This document shows positions 37,001 through 48,300 of a stretch of DNA of 64,000 nt, piece after piece (position 1 is the first letter of the stretch; every line of letters begins with the position of its first letter). Source of the DNA: Calcarisporiella thermophila CBS 279.70 (lineage: Eukaryota; Fungi; Calcarisporiellomycota); assembly GCF_041956535.1 (NCBI RefSeq), contig NW_027192212.1, positions 409,129 through 473,128 on the forward strand, written 5' to 3'. The notes below the pieces were generated by a model. It was given only the letters and a program-made list of their open reading frames with translations. It did no database searches and was not told the DNA's origin. Position numbers and translations under genes: made by a program.

Positions 37001-38749
37001 ACCGTGTGCTCCAAGAGTTCCGGCTTCACTTTTCGAACGCGGGAGGAGTCGGATAAAGAGGAGCACGTCAGGAGTACAGACGAAACTCGGTCGTTGAACC
37101 AGCAAGAGCGGCCCAGCTCCACGGAGCAACAGTTGGAGCCGGCGACCATCCGACGGGCATCGACCTCAGCGGCATCCACCGGCGACGGAATCCAGTCCCT
37201 TCGCCGGCTGCCCAATGGCAGGGATTTGAGAAAAGCCAGGTCGATTCGCGATCTCATGCCCGCCCGTCGGAAGCGAGACTCGTATCACACCATTGATGGA
37301 GAGATGGAGTCCTTGTCCCTCTCTTCAAACCAACAGGCACAGAGTAGAACTGAGAACGAGGCGTCAATGAAGAATCGGAGACGGGGGAGTTTAAGAACTT
37401 TCAGGCGGAGCATGGTCGCCATGGTGACTGCGGTGGGTGGAGGAGGAGGAGGAGGAGGAGGAGGAGGAGGAGGTGGTGGTGGTGGTGGTGGTGGTGGTGG
37501 AACAACGGGTCAAGATCGCCCGAGTATGGACACATCTTCTGCGGCTTACTCCACGCGGTCAAAACCCGATGGGTCTCTTGCGGACTCTTCCTCCACATCC
37601 GTGAATGCCACCTACTCGACCGCAACCACCCCGCCTATCTCTGCCATGGCTTCGCCCGCGCACCGCTCGTTTATCCTCTTCTACCGCTCCGAGGCAATAG
37701 CCCAACAACTTTGCTTGATCGAGAGGGACGTGTTGTTGGAGGTGGAGTGGGAAGAGCTCGTTAACGTGGAGTGGACCAAGAAGAACGCGCACCAGCAGTC
37801 GTCCGTGAATGGGGACGATAGAGAGCGCACCCCTTCCAAGATGGGGACCTACCGGAAGCGGGATCGCCGCGGCGTGGAGCGGGTCATCGAGCGGTTCAAC
37901 TTGGCCTGCCAGTGGGTCGCGACGGAAATCGTGTGCACCCGCGCGCTTGAGGACCGGGTTCGTGTGGTGGAGAAATTCATTCGGATTGCGCAAAAGTGCC
38001 GCCTCTACTCGAACTTCTCCACCCTCACACAGATCCTGCTTGGGCTGCAGTCGCCGGCGGTGAGCCGACTGAAGAAGACGTGGGCCCAGGTGGGCGGGGC
38101 GGAGATGCGCGTGCTCAAGGAGTTGTCGGAATTCACCTCCCCGTTTCGAAACTGGAAGCACATGCGCGACTGCATGACCATGGTGGTCAACGAGTTCGGC
38201 GGCGCGTCGGCGGATGTTGAGATTCGGCTGCCGGGGGACAAGAGCTTGGCCAGAGGCAGCTCAGGCGGGCTGTTGGGCTGGATGTCGCCGCGCGCGCGAT
38301 CCGGAAGCCGTGCCGCGTTTGGCGGCTGTGTCCCGTTCCTAGGGCTTTACCTGTCCGATCTGGTGTTCAACTCGGAGCTTCCCGTGTACCTCGCCCCCAA
38401 ACAGCCCACCTCTCCCCACGCCGTCTCCCGGCCCCCACTGCCCCCCTCTCAACCTCGCCAGAAGAGGGGCCTGCTGCAGTCTCGGGCCCAAGCGGAGGCC
38501 CAGCTCGAGAACATTCTTAAGAGCGAGGCGGAGAGTGCCGAGGTGGGGCGATTGCTCCGGCAGCAGCCCCTCGTCAACTTCCACAAGCACCGTACCACCG
38601 CCACCATTATCAAGCGCGTGCTGACCTTTCAGAACTTGGCGCGGCGGTATCCCTTTGCCATCGAGCCCGGCCTTCACACCAGATGCGTCTATCTGAGGGC
38701 GTTCGACAAGGCGGAGATCGCGCGGATAAGTCGGACCATAGAAGATTAG
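34083..38749 (+). CDS. Ras-family GEF (REM/RasGEF_N + CDC25 domain), Lte1-like
   Basis: IMAATVEKLVEKLT...FLTDFFLTYRTF; FRHWLLNYF; CDC25 domain AIAQQLCLIE, NFSTLTQILLGLQSPAVSRLKKTW, GCVPFLGLYLSDL; two introns. Confidence 0.9.
37436..37501 (+). repeat. Compound microsatellite GGT(GGA)11(GGT)9GGA encoding Gly22
   Basis: Directly visible, in frame within the RasGEF. Confidence 0.95.
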
Positions 38750-39486
38750 ACTGCCAGGAACCCCTTGGTCATCTTCATCCCCCCCCCCCCCTCCTCCATC
38801 CCCCCTCCATTTTTCCGCTATTAATTTATGATTGCTCTCTTTTCTCTTCCTGGTATTCCATTCATATTTGCTTTATTTCTTCATTCGCCGTATTTTTTTC
38901 TTACCTCTAGTACTTTTCTCCCCCAATCTTAACCTTAGCCACATCCCTCTTACTCTCTCCTCTTCCCTTTTACCCTACTTGATTTTTGTGTGTCTTTTCT
39001 CTGAATTTCATTTAAGTTGGCTCTTCCTTTTTATAAAAAAAATAGAGAAGCCGCCCTCGTTTTCTATATTTTCATCCGTTGTTCTTTAAAGATAATCATG
39101 ATCAATATAGTATGTTTTATGAAGTCTAATCCACTCTATCGGATTTGTCGCTAATTCAAATACGGCGCCTTCCGTCAGAATATAGGCCTTGCTCCCCCAC
39201 CCGGCAAAATCTGGGTTGCTACCGCTTCTCTCATTGAGCTCTGTATGGACGAGACAAGTGCCAATGACACTAATACTCTAACGGTGATACAAAAGAAGAG
39301 ACAGGCACTTGTGCATTTTAATGAATAGGCAAAAGAATAAGAAGGACAAAAGCAGTCAAATAAAGAATGAGTGAATCTAGAAAAAGCAGAACAGCTACAA
39401 AAGATAAATTGAATTCCCTATATGGCATGACCGAGGTATATTTCCTTAAACAAACTCTAGACAATAGGATTTCTTATTATCCTGAA

Positions 39487-40695
39487 CTATGCATGACTCG
39501 AGGGTATTGGTAGATAGGAAGATGTCCGAGTGCTACGTCCTTTGCGGAGATGTCGCGCACAACACCTGATCAGCAATATCCCGAACAGGACGAGCACGAG
39601 GAGGCTTAACGTGAGCAGCCAGGCGAGACTTTGCTCGAGAACCGACTGCATGGAGCTCTGAAGGAAGTGAGATCGGTGCATATTGCGCTTGATGGCGACG
39701 ATGTATGAAAAGGTGGAGAAGCCGTTTCCAATGAACGTGTCCACATGCGCAAGTAGTTCGTTCTCAATCAGAGACAGACCATGCGCGCGCATCCATGACT
39801 CACGCGAGGCATTGGCAAATAAAGAGGGATTGTTGAGGCAAGCGTCGGAGCGGAGCAGCTCCTCGGCGTCGATAGTGTAGATTTGCGTTGGATAGCGCTT
39901 CTTCAGGTTGAGCACGGTCTCGTGGTCTCGATTGTCGGTGGCAATCAGAATCGGGGGATGCTTGCCGGCGGTGACGCGTTGGATGTGCTCGACGACGAGG
40001 TCGTAGGTCATGTCGCAGCGCCAGAGCGCCTTTAGTGGGCTGTGTCCGTGGATGGTCTCGCACTCCTTCGACTCCACCAAGGACACGTCTCTATTCCATG
40101 TGCGGAGATGGATCCCAATGCTCTCGTCGATCGGCCATGTCTTGCGCGCATGCTCCACACAGGCGCTGATCGGCTCCTTGTACACGAAAGAGGACAAGAT
40201 GTCGTGGGCATATTGCTGGAAGCGGCCCCCGATGATGAATACAAAGACTACGAGGCGAGGAAAGGTGTATTGCCAAAAGGCCTCGTGGGGAGTGTTGAGT
40301 ATCCGGATGGTCGAAGCCTCGTTGTTCCGGTTGGTAGCGTACGCCTCAGCGAGAGTCGAGACATCGATGGTTGCGTTTGGGGTCCCATCCAACATAAAGT
40401 CCATGGGCTCGAACAACTGCGACAGCCGCTGGTGATTAGGCTGCTGGCCGAAAATCGGTGGAAAGACAATACCGGGCGAGATGAGCTGTCGATGAGGAAG
40501 TGGGTTGAACATGGCCGCACCCACATGCAGGACCAGCTGGTTGTTGATATAGGCGAATGCAGGAATCTCCCATGTCAAGAGTCCTCCGGCGGGCGCCTGA
40601 CTGGAAAGAAGTAGCCGCACGGACAAGCCGGCAATGATAATAGTGGCAAAGACGATGGGAATAAAGAAGGTGACGAAGTGTGCCTTCCGAACCAT
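39487..40695 (-). CDS. GDP-fucose-dependent O-fucosyltransferase-like glycosyltransferase, copy 1
   Basis: Motifs IGIHLR, ILIATD and AHVDTFIGNGFSTFS are typical of the O-FucT/GT68/GT65/GT11-type clan. N- and C-terminal hydrophobic helices; intronless, 402 aa. Confidence 0.8.
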   Translation of the reverse strand: MVRKAHFVTFFIPIVFATIIIAGLSVRLLLSSQAPAGGLLTWEIPAFAYINNQLVLHVGAAMFNPLPHRQLISPGIVFPPIFGQQPNHQRLSQLFEPMDFMLDGTPNATIDVSTLAEAYATNRNNEASTIRILNTPHEAFWQYTFPRLVVFVFIIGGRFQQYAHDILSSFVYKEPISACVEHARKTWPIDESIGIHLRTWNRDVSLVESKECETIHGHSPLKALWRCDMTYDLVVEHIQRVTAGKHPPILIATDNRDHETVLNLKKRYPTQIYTIDAEELLRSDACLNNPSLFANASRESWMRAHGLSLIENELLAHVDTFIGNGFSTFSYIVAIKRNMHRSHFLQSSMQSVLEQSLAWLLTLSLLVLVLFGILLIRCCARHLRKGRSTRTSSYLPIPSSHA

Positions 40696-41334
40696 GGTAT
40701 AGAATGAGCAGAGGAATGAAGAAGCTGGGTTGAAATAAACATAATTTTAGCTCCACGAGAGATGACCTCAGTCCAAACTACCGGGTCTGCGAGGGAATCA
40801 CGAGACATGAAGAGGGAGGGGAGGGCAGACCAGCCAAAATCAACATACTTGTTATAATGAATGCAGTCTTGATACTCCGCTCCCAATCGCCCCCCTTCGC
40901 GGCGTAATATTTAATTTCAATCTTTCAAGTGTATTGCTCTGTTGCACCACACGATTGCACCTTTGGCTCGCTTGTGTCCCATTGCGAGGGTAGTGCTAGC
41001 CTTTAGGACGGCTGCAATACCGGGCTAGAAGCAAGACCCTTCGAATAGGATTCTGGAAAGGCCGAGCTGAGCTTGGCCAATGCCAAGTAGTTCTTTAATT
41101 GTTCTTTTTTCCATCATCCATTATGCATGCTCTCTTGGCAGCTTAGCTCGTTTCGATCAGCCATCTTGCAAAGAATGAGCCAGATTCCATAGAGAATCCA
41201 CAGGAGTTTTGATTGTTATTTTTGGGGGTCAAACAATACGCAACCGTTCAGCTTCTCATCCTTCAGAACATTCGTCGGAAACCCACTCAGAATTCTGCTT
41301 TAATCCAGAATGTGTCTGGCAATGTACATTTAGG

Positions 41335-41635
41335 GTAAGACCTGGATTTAGATGAAACACATGAAAAGCAGTCACGGCCCATCCGCGTGCAACCTAAATT
41401 CTAGTCTCCAGCTCCGTCGGCAGTGACCCTACGTCCTCAGCCGTTGAGTCCTACTACCGCCCACTTGAACCCTTTGCGACTGCCCTCACCGAATTTACCA
41501 CGTTTCTCCACAGTCGCATCCTCGGTCGCACCACTCACCACATCGACCCTTCCATCTCCACCAATTTCTCGGCCGCGCGGCAGAAAGTAGAGCAAATCGG
41601 GCCACATTAAATCTAGCTTCGAAGGCATTCGTGAG
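41335..41635 (-). pseudogene. Degenerate duplicate of the MSH3 last exon and its splice acceptor (copy A)
   Basis: Colinear with 45255-45582 (atgaaaagcagtc, cagtcgcatcctc, gccacattaa, cattcgt); contains in-frame stops. Confidence 0.8.
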
Positions 41636-41831
41636 CCTTTTGTTATTTAACTGAAAAGAGAGCGAGATGGGGTATTAATTGTTAAGCAGAAGCACACAGA
41701 CGAAGACGAAAAATCAAAGAATTGACTAATTTAGAACTATCAGGACAGCTTAATAAAAATAGAACGAAAACCCTATTTGGCATGACCGCGGTATATTTCC
41801 ATAAAGGAGCTCAAGGTAATAGGACTGAATA

Positions 41832-42306
41832 TTAGCCTGAGCTAAAACCCGATGGTGTTGGTAGATAGAGAGAGTTCCGAGCGTCAAAACCTTTGCGGAG
41901 ACGTCGCATAAACCGCCTGAATAGCAATGTTCCCGATAGGACGAGCACGAGGAGGCTTAGCGGGAGCAGCAAGGCAAGACTTTGCTCGAGAACCAATTGG
42001 GTGTAGCTCTGCAGGAAGTAAGATCGGTGCATATTGTGCTTGATGGCGACGATGTATGAAATGGTGGAGAAGCCGTTTCCAACGAATGTGTTCACGTGCG
42101 CAAGCAACCCGTTCTCTACCAGCGAAAGACCGTGCACGTGCGTCCACGACTCACGCGAGGCATTGGCAAATAAAGAAGGGTCGTTGAGGCAAGCGTCGGA
42201 GCGGGGTAGCTCTTCGGCGTCGATGGTGAAGACTTGCGTTGGATAGCGCTTCTTCAGGTTAGCACGGTCTCGTGGTCTCGATTGTCGGTGGCAATCAGAA
42301 TCGGGT
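41832..42306 (-). pseudogene. Fucosyltransferase-like pseudogene, copy 2 (3' portion only)
   Basis: Homologous to the 3' ~40% of copies 1 and 3. A large deletion removes the start and N-terminal part, and there is a 1-bp deletion near 42260. Confidence 0.88.
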
Positions 42307-42884
42307 GCTGATGAAGAAAGAGCGGGGGAATGGAGAAGCTAGATTGCACTGGAGAGGCTAGTGGCCCAACCAGGGGACATCACAGTGCGAGCGGTTGGAC
42401 CAGCGAGAGAGGCACGTGGGCAACAAAGCAAAGAGATGCTCAGCCGAAAACGATGAACCGTTTCTAATGAAATAATGAAAGAGATTTGGGTTGGCACTCC
42501 GCTCCCAATCTCATATTGTGTCAATAAATTCAACTTTGAGTATATTGCTCTGTCGCCCCCACCAGCCTCTCAACTCAACCGTTGCATGCTTGTGTTCCTC
42601 TGCCAAAAGAAGTGTGAGCCTGTTGGACGGTTACATCAAAGCACGGGACTCGAACTAAGGCCATTCGGATGGGACCATGGAGAGTGCAGCTGAGCTTGAC
42701 TTTTTTCTATCTTCCATTGTGCCTGCTCTATTGGCAGCTTAGCTAGCTTCGATCAACCATCTTGCACGGGGGACCAACGTGCACATTGAATCCGCAAGCT
42801 TTCCTGCGTTTTATTTTTGCTATCGATCCAAACGTTCGTCAAAACCCTATTTAATTCAGCTTATGTATAGAAATTTTCATAGAG

Positions 42885-43208
42885 TCAGCCCCACATTGGA
42901 CAAAACTATTGAAGAGCAGTCCCACCCGATCCTTGTGTAGCCTGACCTCCTTTACCGTCATCCAACTCCGTCGGCCTCGCCCTCCCGTCCTCAACCGCTG
43001 AAGTCTGCTGCACTCCACTCGAGCCCTCTGCGACCGCCTTCGTCGAATTTACCACGTCTCTCCACAGTCGCATCCTCGGCCGCACCGCCTACTCATTGCA
43101 CATCGACCCTTCCACTTCTAACTATTTCTCGGCAGCCTTCTCCTACTGCAGAGCGGGAAGAAGTGCAAATCGAGCCACATTAAACCTAACCTTGAGAGCA
43201 TTCGTGAG
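42885..43208 (-). pseudogene. Degenerate duplicate of the MSH3 last exon and its splice acceptor (copy B)
   Basis: Reads AG|GFNVARFALLPALQ* versus MSH3 AG|[15 protein letters not shown]; colinear through to the 3' flank. Confidence 0.82.
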
Positions 43209-43412
43209 TTTTTTTTATTTAAAAGAAAAGACAGAGGCATGGGGGTATTAATTATTAGACAGAAGCACAAAGGCAAAGACGAACAGTTAGAATTAACAAA
43301 TCAAGAGCTATCAAGACAGCTTAATAAAATTAGAACGAATTCCCTATTTGGCATGACCGCGGTATATTTCCATAAACAAACTCTAGACAATAGGATTTCT
43401 TATTATCCTGAA

Positions 43413-44621
43413 CTATGCATGATTCAAGGGTATTGGTAGATAGGAAGATGTCCGAGTGCTACGTCCTTTGCGGAGATGTCGCGCACAACACCTGATCAGC
43501 AATATCCCTGACAGGATGAGCACAAGAAGACCTAGCGGGAGCAGCAAGGCTAGATTATGCTCGAGAACCGACTGCATGTAGCTCTGCAGGAAGTGAGATC
43601 GATGCATATTGCGCTTGATGGCGACGATGTATGAAAAGGTGGAGAAGCCGTTTCCAATGAACGTGTCCACATGCGCAAGCAGTTCGTTCTCAATCAGAGA
43701 CAGACCATGCGCGCGCATCCATGACTCACGCGAGGCATTGGCAAATAAAGAAGGGTTGTTGAGGCAAGCGTCGGAGCGGAGCAGCTCCTCGGCGTCGATA
43801 GTGTAGATTTGCGTTGGATAGCGCTTCTTCAGGTTGAGCACGGTCTCGTGGTCTCGATTGTCGGTGGCAATCAGAATCGGGGGATGCTTGCCGGCGGTGA
43901 CGCGTTGGATGTGCTCGACGACGAGGTCGTAGGTCATGTCGCAGCGCCAGAGCGCCTTTAGCGGGCTGTATCCATGGATGGTCTCACACACCTTCGACAC
44001 CGCCAAAGACACGTCTTTATTCCATGTGCGGAGATGGATCCCAATGCTCTCGTCGATCGGCCATGTCTTGCGCGCATGCTCCACACAGGCGCTGATCGGC
44101 TTCTTGTACACGAAAGAGGACAAGATGTCGTGGGCATATTGCCGGAAGCGGCCCCCGATGATGAATACAAAGACTACGAGGCGAGGAAAGATGAATTGCC
44201 AAAAGGCCTCGTGGGGAGTGTTGAGTATCCGGATGGTCGAAGCCTCGTTGTTCCGGTTGGCAGCGTACGCCTCAGCGAGAGTCGAGACATCGATGGTTGC
44301 GTTTGGGGTCCCATCCAACATAAAGTCCATGGGCTCGAACAACTGCGACAGCCGCTGGTGATTAGGCTGCTGGCCGAAAATCGGCGGAAAGACAATACCG
44401 GGCGAGATGAGCTGTCGATGAGGAAGTGGGTTGAACATGGCCGCACCCACATGCAGGACCAGCTGGTTGTTGATATAGGCGAATGCAGGAATCTCCCATG
44501 TCAAGAGTCCTCCGGCGGGCGCCTGACCGGAAAGAAGCAGGCGCACATACAAACCATCGATGATAATAGTGGCAAAGACAATGGTGATAAAGAAGACGGC
44601 GAAGCGTGCCTTTGGAATCAT
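43413..44621 (-). CDS. GDP-fucose-dependent O-fucosyltransferase-like glycosyltransferase, copy 3
   Basis: Near-identical to copy 1. ATG 44621 (MIPKARF) gives the same 402-aa length. Confidence 0.8.
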   Translation of the reverse strand: MIPKARFAVFFITIVFATIIIDGLYVRLLLSGQAPAGGLLTWEIPAFAYINNQLVLHVGAAMFNPLPHRQLISPGIVFPPIFGQQPNHQRLSQLFEPMDFMLDGTPNATIDVSTLAEAYAANRNNEASTIRILNTPHEAFWQFIFPRLVVFVFIIGGRFRQYAHDILSSFVYKKPISACVEHARKTWPIDESIGIHLRTWNKDVSLAVSKVCETIHGYSPLKALWRCDMTYDLVVEHIQRVTAGKHPPILIATDNRDHETVLNLKKRYPTQIYTIDAEELLRSDACLNNPSLFANASRESWMRAHGLSLIENELLAHVDTFIGNGFSTFSYIVAIKRNMHRSHFLQSYMQSVLEHNLALLLPLGLLVLILSGILLIRCCARHLRKGRSTRTSSYLPIPLNHA

Positions 44622-45314
44622 GGTGCAGGATGCGCGGGGGAAAGGAGAGGCCGGATTGAAATGGAGAGAGTAGTGGCCCGACAAGGGATCATCCCTGTGC
44701 AAACAGTTTGGCCTGCGACAGAAGCATCGGGACATCCAAGGGGAAAGTAGGCCCTCCGAATTTGACGAACCGGTTCTAATAAAGAGTTGAGTTGACACTC
44801 CGCTCCCAATCGTTCCTTTTCATGGCGTTTCAACCTTTAGTGTATTGTAATTGCAACCTTAAGTGTTTTGCTCTGTCGCGCCTCACAGCCTCTCACCTCA
44901 GCCGGTGCTTGCTTGTGCTCCTTTGCAGACGGAAGGCTAACCTTTAGTGCGGTTGCAACCGAGCACAGGACTCGAACCACGGCCATTCGAATGCGGCCCT
45001 GGAAACCCGAGCTGAGCTTGTCCTTTTTCCTCTTCTCCTCTCCATGGTGCCTGATCTCTTGGCAGTCAAGCTAGCTTCGATTGACCACCTTGCAGAGAAG
45101 CCAGAGTCCACACAGAAGCTGCAGATTTTTCTGCGTTTTATTTTGGGTGTCGATCCAAACACAACCGCACCGCTTATCAAAACAAGAATGTACGTCAAAA
45201 GGACCCAATTAGGGCCCTATTTAATTCCCCTTGTGTATGGAAATCCCCATACAGGGTAAGCCCCGATTTGGACAAAACAAAATGAAAAGCAGTCCCGCCC
45301 TACCCACGTGCAGC

Positions 45315-48300
45315 CTAATCTCCTTCCCCGTCCTCCAACTCCGTCACCAGCGCTCTCATGTTCTCAACCGCCGCGGCCAGCTGCTCCCCACCCGAGCCCC
45401 CCCCCGGCCGCCCTCAGCCAATGTTCCATGGCGCTCCGCAGTCGCGTCCTCAGCCGCACCGCCCGCTTTTGCCTCATCGACTCCTCCATCTCCGCCGATT
45501 TCTCGGCGGCCCTCTCCAGCAGCGCCGCAGGGAGATGAGCAAGTCGAGCCACATTAAGCCTAGCCTCGAAACCATTCGTAAGTATCCATTTCTGAAAAAA
45601 TACAGCGAAAAACAGAGAGGGATTACCCGTAGCTGCGCATGGCAACCCCCTGGGTTAACTTGTAGAGGAACACGACCCCCATGGATCCGTCCTCATTCTC
45701 CGTCTCCATGAAACCCATGTGGGCATTCTGCACCCCCGTGAAGCTCTGAGCTATCTTCGCCAGGGAGGGGTAGTGCGTCACAAAGAGCGTGATGGCCCTC
45801 ACCCTTTCCACAAAGTATTTCAGCACCGCATGCGCAATGGCCACGCCATCGTGCGTGCTTGTTCCCCGGCCCAATTCGTCGAGAATGACGAGCGATCGGG
45901 GCGTCGCCTGCTTCATGATGTCGCTCGTTTCGTGCAGCTCCACCATGAAGGTCGACTCGCCCTGCAGCATGTTATCGAAGGCGCCCATCCTATGGCCACC
46001 AGCGCGAGTTAGAAAGGGGGGTCCCTGCGGTGTGCGGTGAAATCAGCCATACCTTGTGTACACGGCATCCAGCATCCCTAGTTCGGCCTCCTCGGCCGGC
46101 ACATAGCTTCCAACCTGGCCCATGATACTGATGAGCGCCACCTGTCGGATGTAGGAGCTCTTCCCCCCCATGTTCGGCCCCGTGAGAATCATGGTGCGAC
46201 ACCGCTCGGGGTCGAAGTCCTCGTCATTCGGCACGAATCGGCCGCCCAACACCTGCTCCACCATCGGGTGCCGCCCTTGCTTGACGTGGATCCGGGTGCC
46301 CTCGACAAACTTGGGGCGCACATACCCCGGCTGACAGGCCACCGTCGCCAGCGAGAACAGGCAATCCGCCACCGCCAGCTTCTGCACCACATCCCGCAGC
46401 ACCTCGTAGCTCTCTGCAATCTCCCCCAAGAACCGGCGGAACGCCTCGTCGCACGCCCGGCTCAGCCGCTCCTTCCCCTGGTCTCGCTCCCTCAGCAGCG
46501 CAATGACCTCCGGGGTGTGGAACCGGCTCACCTGCTTTGTCCCGCTGATCTTGACCCAGCCCTTGGGCACCTGCTTGGCCTCGGCGTTCTTCACCTCGAT
46601 CAGGTAGTCGACCTGCGCCACCGTGCAGTACTCCAGCTTCGGCTTCTTCAGCAGCCTCCTCACCTCGAGCAAATGCTCGTCGAACCGTCGCTCCACCCCG
46701 GCAATCTCCTCCTTGTGCACCCCGATGTCGGGGTATTTGTCCTCGTCCGCGAAGAGCGTGTGCTTGTCGCCGCGTTCGGCCGCTTTCGCATTGAGGGCCC
46801 TGCGAAAGCCCGCCACCCTCTCCCGGATAAGGGGAAGATGGGCGAGGATATCGTTGAGGAGCGGGGAGGCGAGCCCGACGGCCTCGGGCGTTGCCCACCC
46901 CGGAAATCGGGTGGCAATCTCGTGGAGGGCGTTGAGAATTTGAAGGAGTTCAGCGGAGGAACACTATTCACAAAAAGCAGGAGGAGAGAGGGAAAAAAAG
47001 CGTGGATGAGACCCCCACCCATATGGAATTTTTTGTGTGCACTGGATATCTTCTAGGAAGCCACACCCATACCTTCCCATAGTGGATCCGGCAGAGACCT
47101 CGTTCTAGGTCGGGCAGCTTTCGTAACAGCTCCCGCAGATCGCCCAAGAGGGGAGACTCGCCCCTCAGAATCTCCTCCACGGCATCCATGCGCTCATTGA
47201 GCTGCTGGATATCCACGAGCGGCCGGCCCACCCACCGCCTCATCAACCTGCGTCCAAAACTAGTGCGTGTATGGTCGAGCACCCAAAACAGGCTGCCTTT
47301 CTCGGAAAAGTCGGTCTGGTTGCGGTAGATTTCCAGGTTCGCAAGGGTATTCCCGTTGAGCAGCATGTGCATGCGCGTCGAGAAGGGGTGGAAGTATTTT
47401 GTGAGACTAAACACGTGCTCCAGGCCGAAATCACGCAAATGCGAAATGAGGGCCGCAAGACAGACAATGACGTTGCGGGGAAACCGCATGATCTCGGAGA
47501 ATTGCACGCCCTCTTTGGCCTCCCCCATCTCGCGGCGGGGCTCCTTCTCCTCCTCCTCCTCCATGGGGTCCCCCATGGAATTCTCCCCCATCTTGCGGGA
47601 ATAAAATTCCTGCACAACGGTGAACGCATCATTGTACCCCAGAAATGCGTCGGTCAGCCGTTCGACCCGCACCGCGTCCCCCCCCGAGGTCAGATGGTGA
47701 GCGGAGAGATGCTTCACGAGGTTCTCCGTTGGCTTGCTCAGCTGAGCGGGCAGAAGCATTTCACACGGTTGGATGTGCAATAGGCGGGTCTCGAGCTCAG
47801 AACGCATGTAGCCGTCCTCGAAGTTATCGTAGATGATATCCCCAGTGGATGGATGGACCGCCTGGAGGAGAGGAACCGGGGGCGAGGAAACAAACAAACA
47901 GCGTTCAAAGTCAAACGTTGCCAAACACAAAACTCAAATGACAGCCATCACTTACGACAAGGCCAAGGTGGACATATTCGTCTCTCCCACTTCCACCTCT
48001 CACTTCTTCGTACAAGCACATCAGGTAGCCTCCCCCTGCCGTGGTCTCGTCGTCCATGGTATTCATGTCATCGACAAACGTTCCCTTGGTATACAAGTGA
48101 GTGAGTTTGCGTTCGAACGGGGCATTACGGTTATCGCCCGCGGCCTTGAGGGCCGCGGTTTCCGTTTGCTGCACAACCCCGACCTTATGTCCTGCATACA
48201 CAAGCCTAGCGAAGGAGAGACCGTGTATTCCCAGCGTTAATAAAATGCCTCAATCCCTTTGAATAGAGGAAATAAAGCAGAGCCAGAAAAAAGGCAGCGC

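Noticed and set aside
41335-43208. Alternative functional 3' exons of MSH3
   Set aside because: Acceptors persist, but the copies contain in-frame stops and indels.
44622-44798. 59-aa N-terminal extension of GT copy 3 in the ORF track
   Set aside because: Non-ATG start, not conserved in copy 1; ATG 44621 gives an identical length.
16816-48240. Numerous 100-260 aa antisense or alternate-frame ORFs over GC-rich genes
   Set aside because: Shadow ORFs expected from high GC3; no motifs; fully overlapping well-supported genes.
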